Assembly: GCF_006345805.1 (NCBI RefSeq)
Contig: NW_021828898.1
Span: forward strand, 1-7,364
Reading direction: 5' to 3'
Length of the DNA stretch: 7,364 bases
DNA from: Octopus sinensis
Lineage: Eukaryota
Shown: positions 6,931 through 7,364 of the stretch, one piece after another
Layout: every line of letters begins with the position of its first letter
Numbering within the stretch: position 1 is the first letter of the stretch
Made by a program: the position numbers and the translations under genes
Notes under the pieces: generated by a model
Told to the model about the DNA's origin: nothing
The model's database searches: none
What the model saw: the letters and a program-made list of their open reading frames with translations, nothing else

Positions 6931-7155
6931 ACTCTGTGTGTGAGTGTGTGTATGTTCGTGTGTCTGTGTTTGTCCCCCCAACAATCGCTTGACAACCGAT
7001 GCTGGTGTGTCATCTAGCAGTTCGGCAAGAGAGACCGATAGATTGAGTAAGTACTAGGCTTACAAAGAATAAGTCCTGGGGGGTCCATTCGCTCGACTAA
7101 AGGCGGTGCTCCAGCATGGCCGCAATCAAATCACCGAAACAAATAACAAAAGATA
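6716..7155 (+). mobile_element. Full-length tRNA-derived SINE family 1
   Basis: Same head, body and tail as 6067-6496. B-box mutated (ggtacagtgcg), longer internal (TA)(TG)n at ~6879-6960, short deletion near 7010. Confidence 0.92.
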
Positions 7156-7234
7156 TAACAAAGGAATATATGTATGTTAACGCGGAGGTTTTATTTCTGA
7201 ATGTACTTCCACACAGGCCATGAATATACATCCG

Positions 7235-7364
7235 TCTTTGATATATGAATTTGTAGCTCTTTATGTTTGTGCATATGCTTATATGCGTTCACGTGATTGT
7301 GTTGTTATGTTCATTCTTTAATAAATGAATGCGAGCCTCTTTATGTTTGTGCACATGGTACATG
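7235..7364. repeat. Direct repeat with 80-bp period, cut off by the window end
   Basis: tctttgatatatgaat..ctctttatgtttgtgcatatg (7235-7277) recurs as tctttaataaatgaat..ctctttatgtttgtgcacatg (7315-7357). Confidence 0.75.

Noticed and set aside
2106-7013. Supplied ORFs of 60-151 aa ([25 protein letters not shown] peptides)
   Set aside because: They are mostly stop-free frames through microsatellites and SINE, Helitron or MITE bodies. Similarity among the 2743, 6055, 6102 and 6558 ORFs only reflects SINE copies. Database hits to 'hypothetical proteins' would probably be annotation artefacts.

Overview
AT-rich, non-genic (intergenic or intronic) eukaryotic DNA made almost entirely of microsatellites and transposon debris. 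The SINE families match my recollection of octopus (coleoid cephalopod) repeats; this is recognition, not a database search. No intact protein-coding gene is supported, and the supplied ORFs are mostly microsatellite or SINE read-through. Contents in order: a 5'-truncated R4/Dong-like LINE end inside a (TAA)n tract, tail-to-tail with a CR1-like LINE 3' end; two complete non-autonomous Helitrons in inverted orientation (990-1386 +, 5136-5539 -) that differ by an internal ~100-bp module; several copies or halves of a tRNA-derived SINE with an internal microsatellite; a second SINE family with a conserved 3' stem-loop; a mariner-type MITE; and minisatellites. The most interesting signal is two minus-strand Penelope-like fragments, each with a minimal hammerhead-ribozyme-like motif (2294-2328, 3583-3618). 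These have a non-canonical core, a covarying stem I and a palindromic ACGU stem III that could only fold as a dimer.
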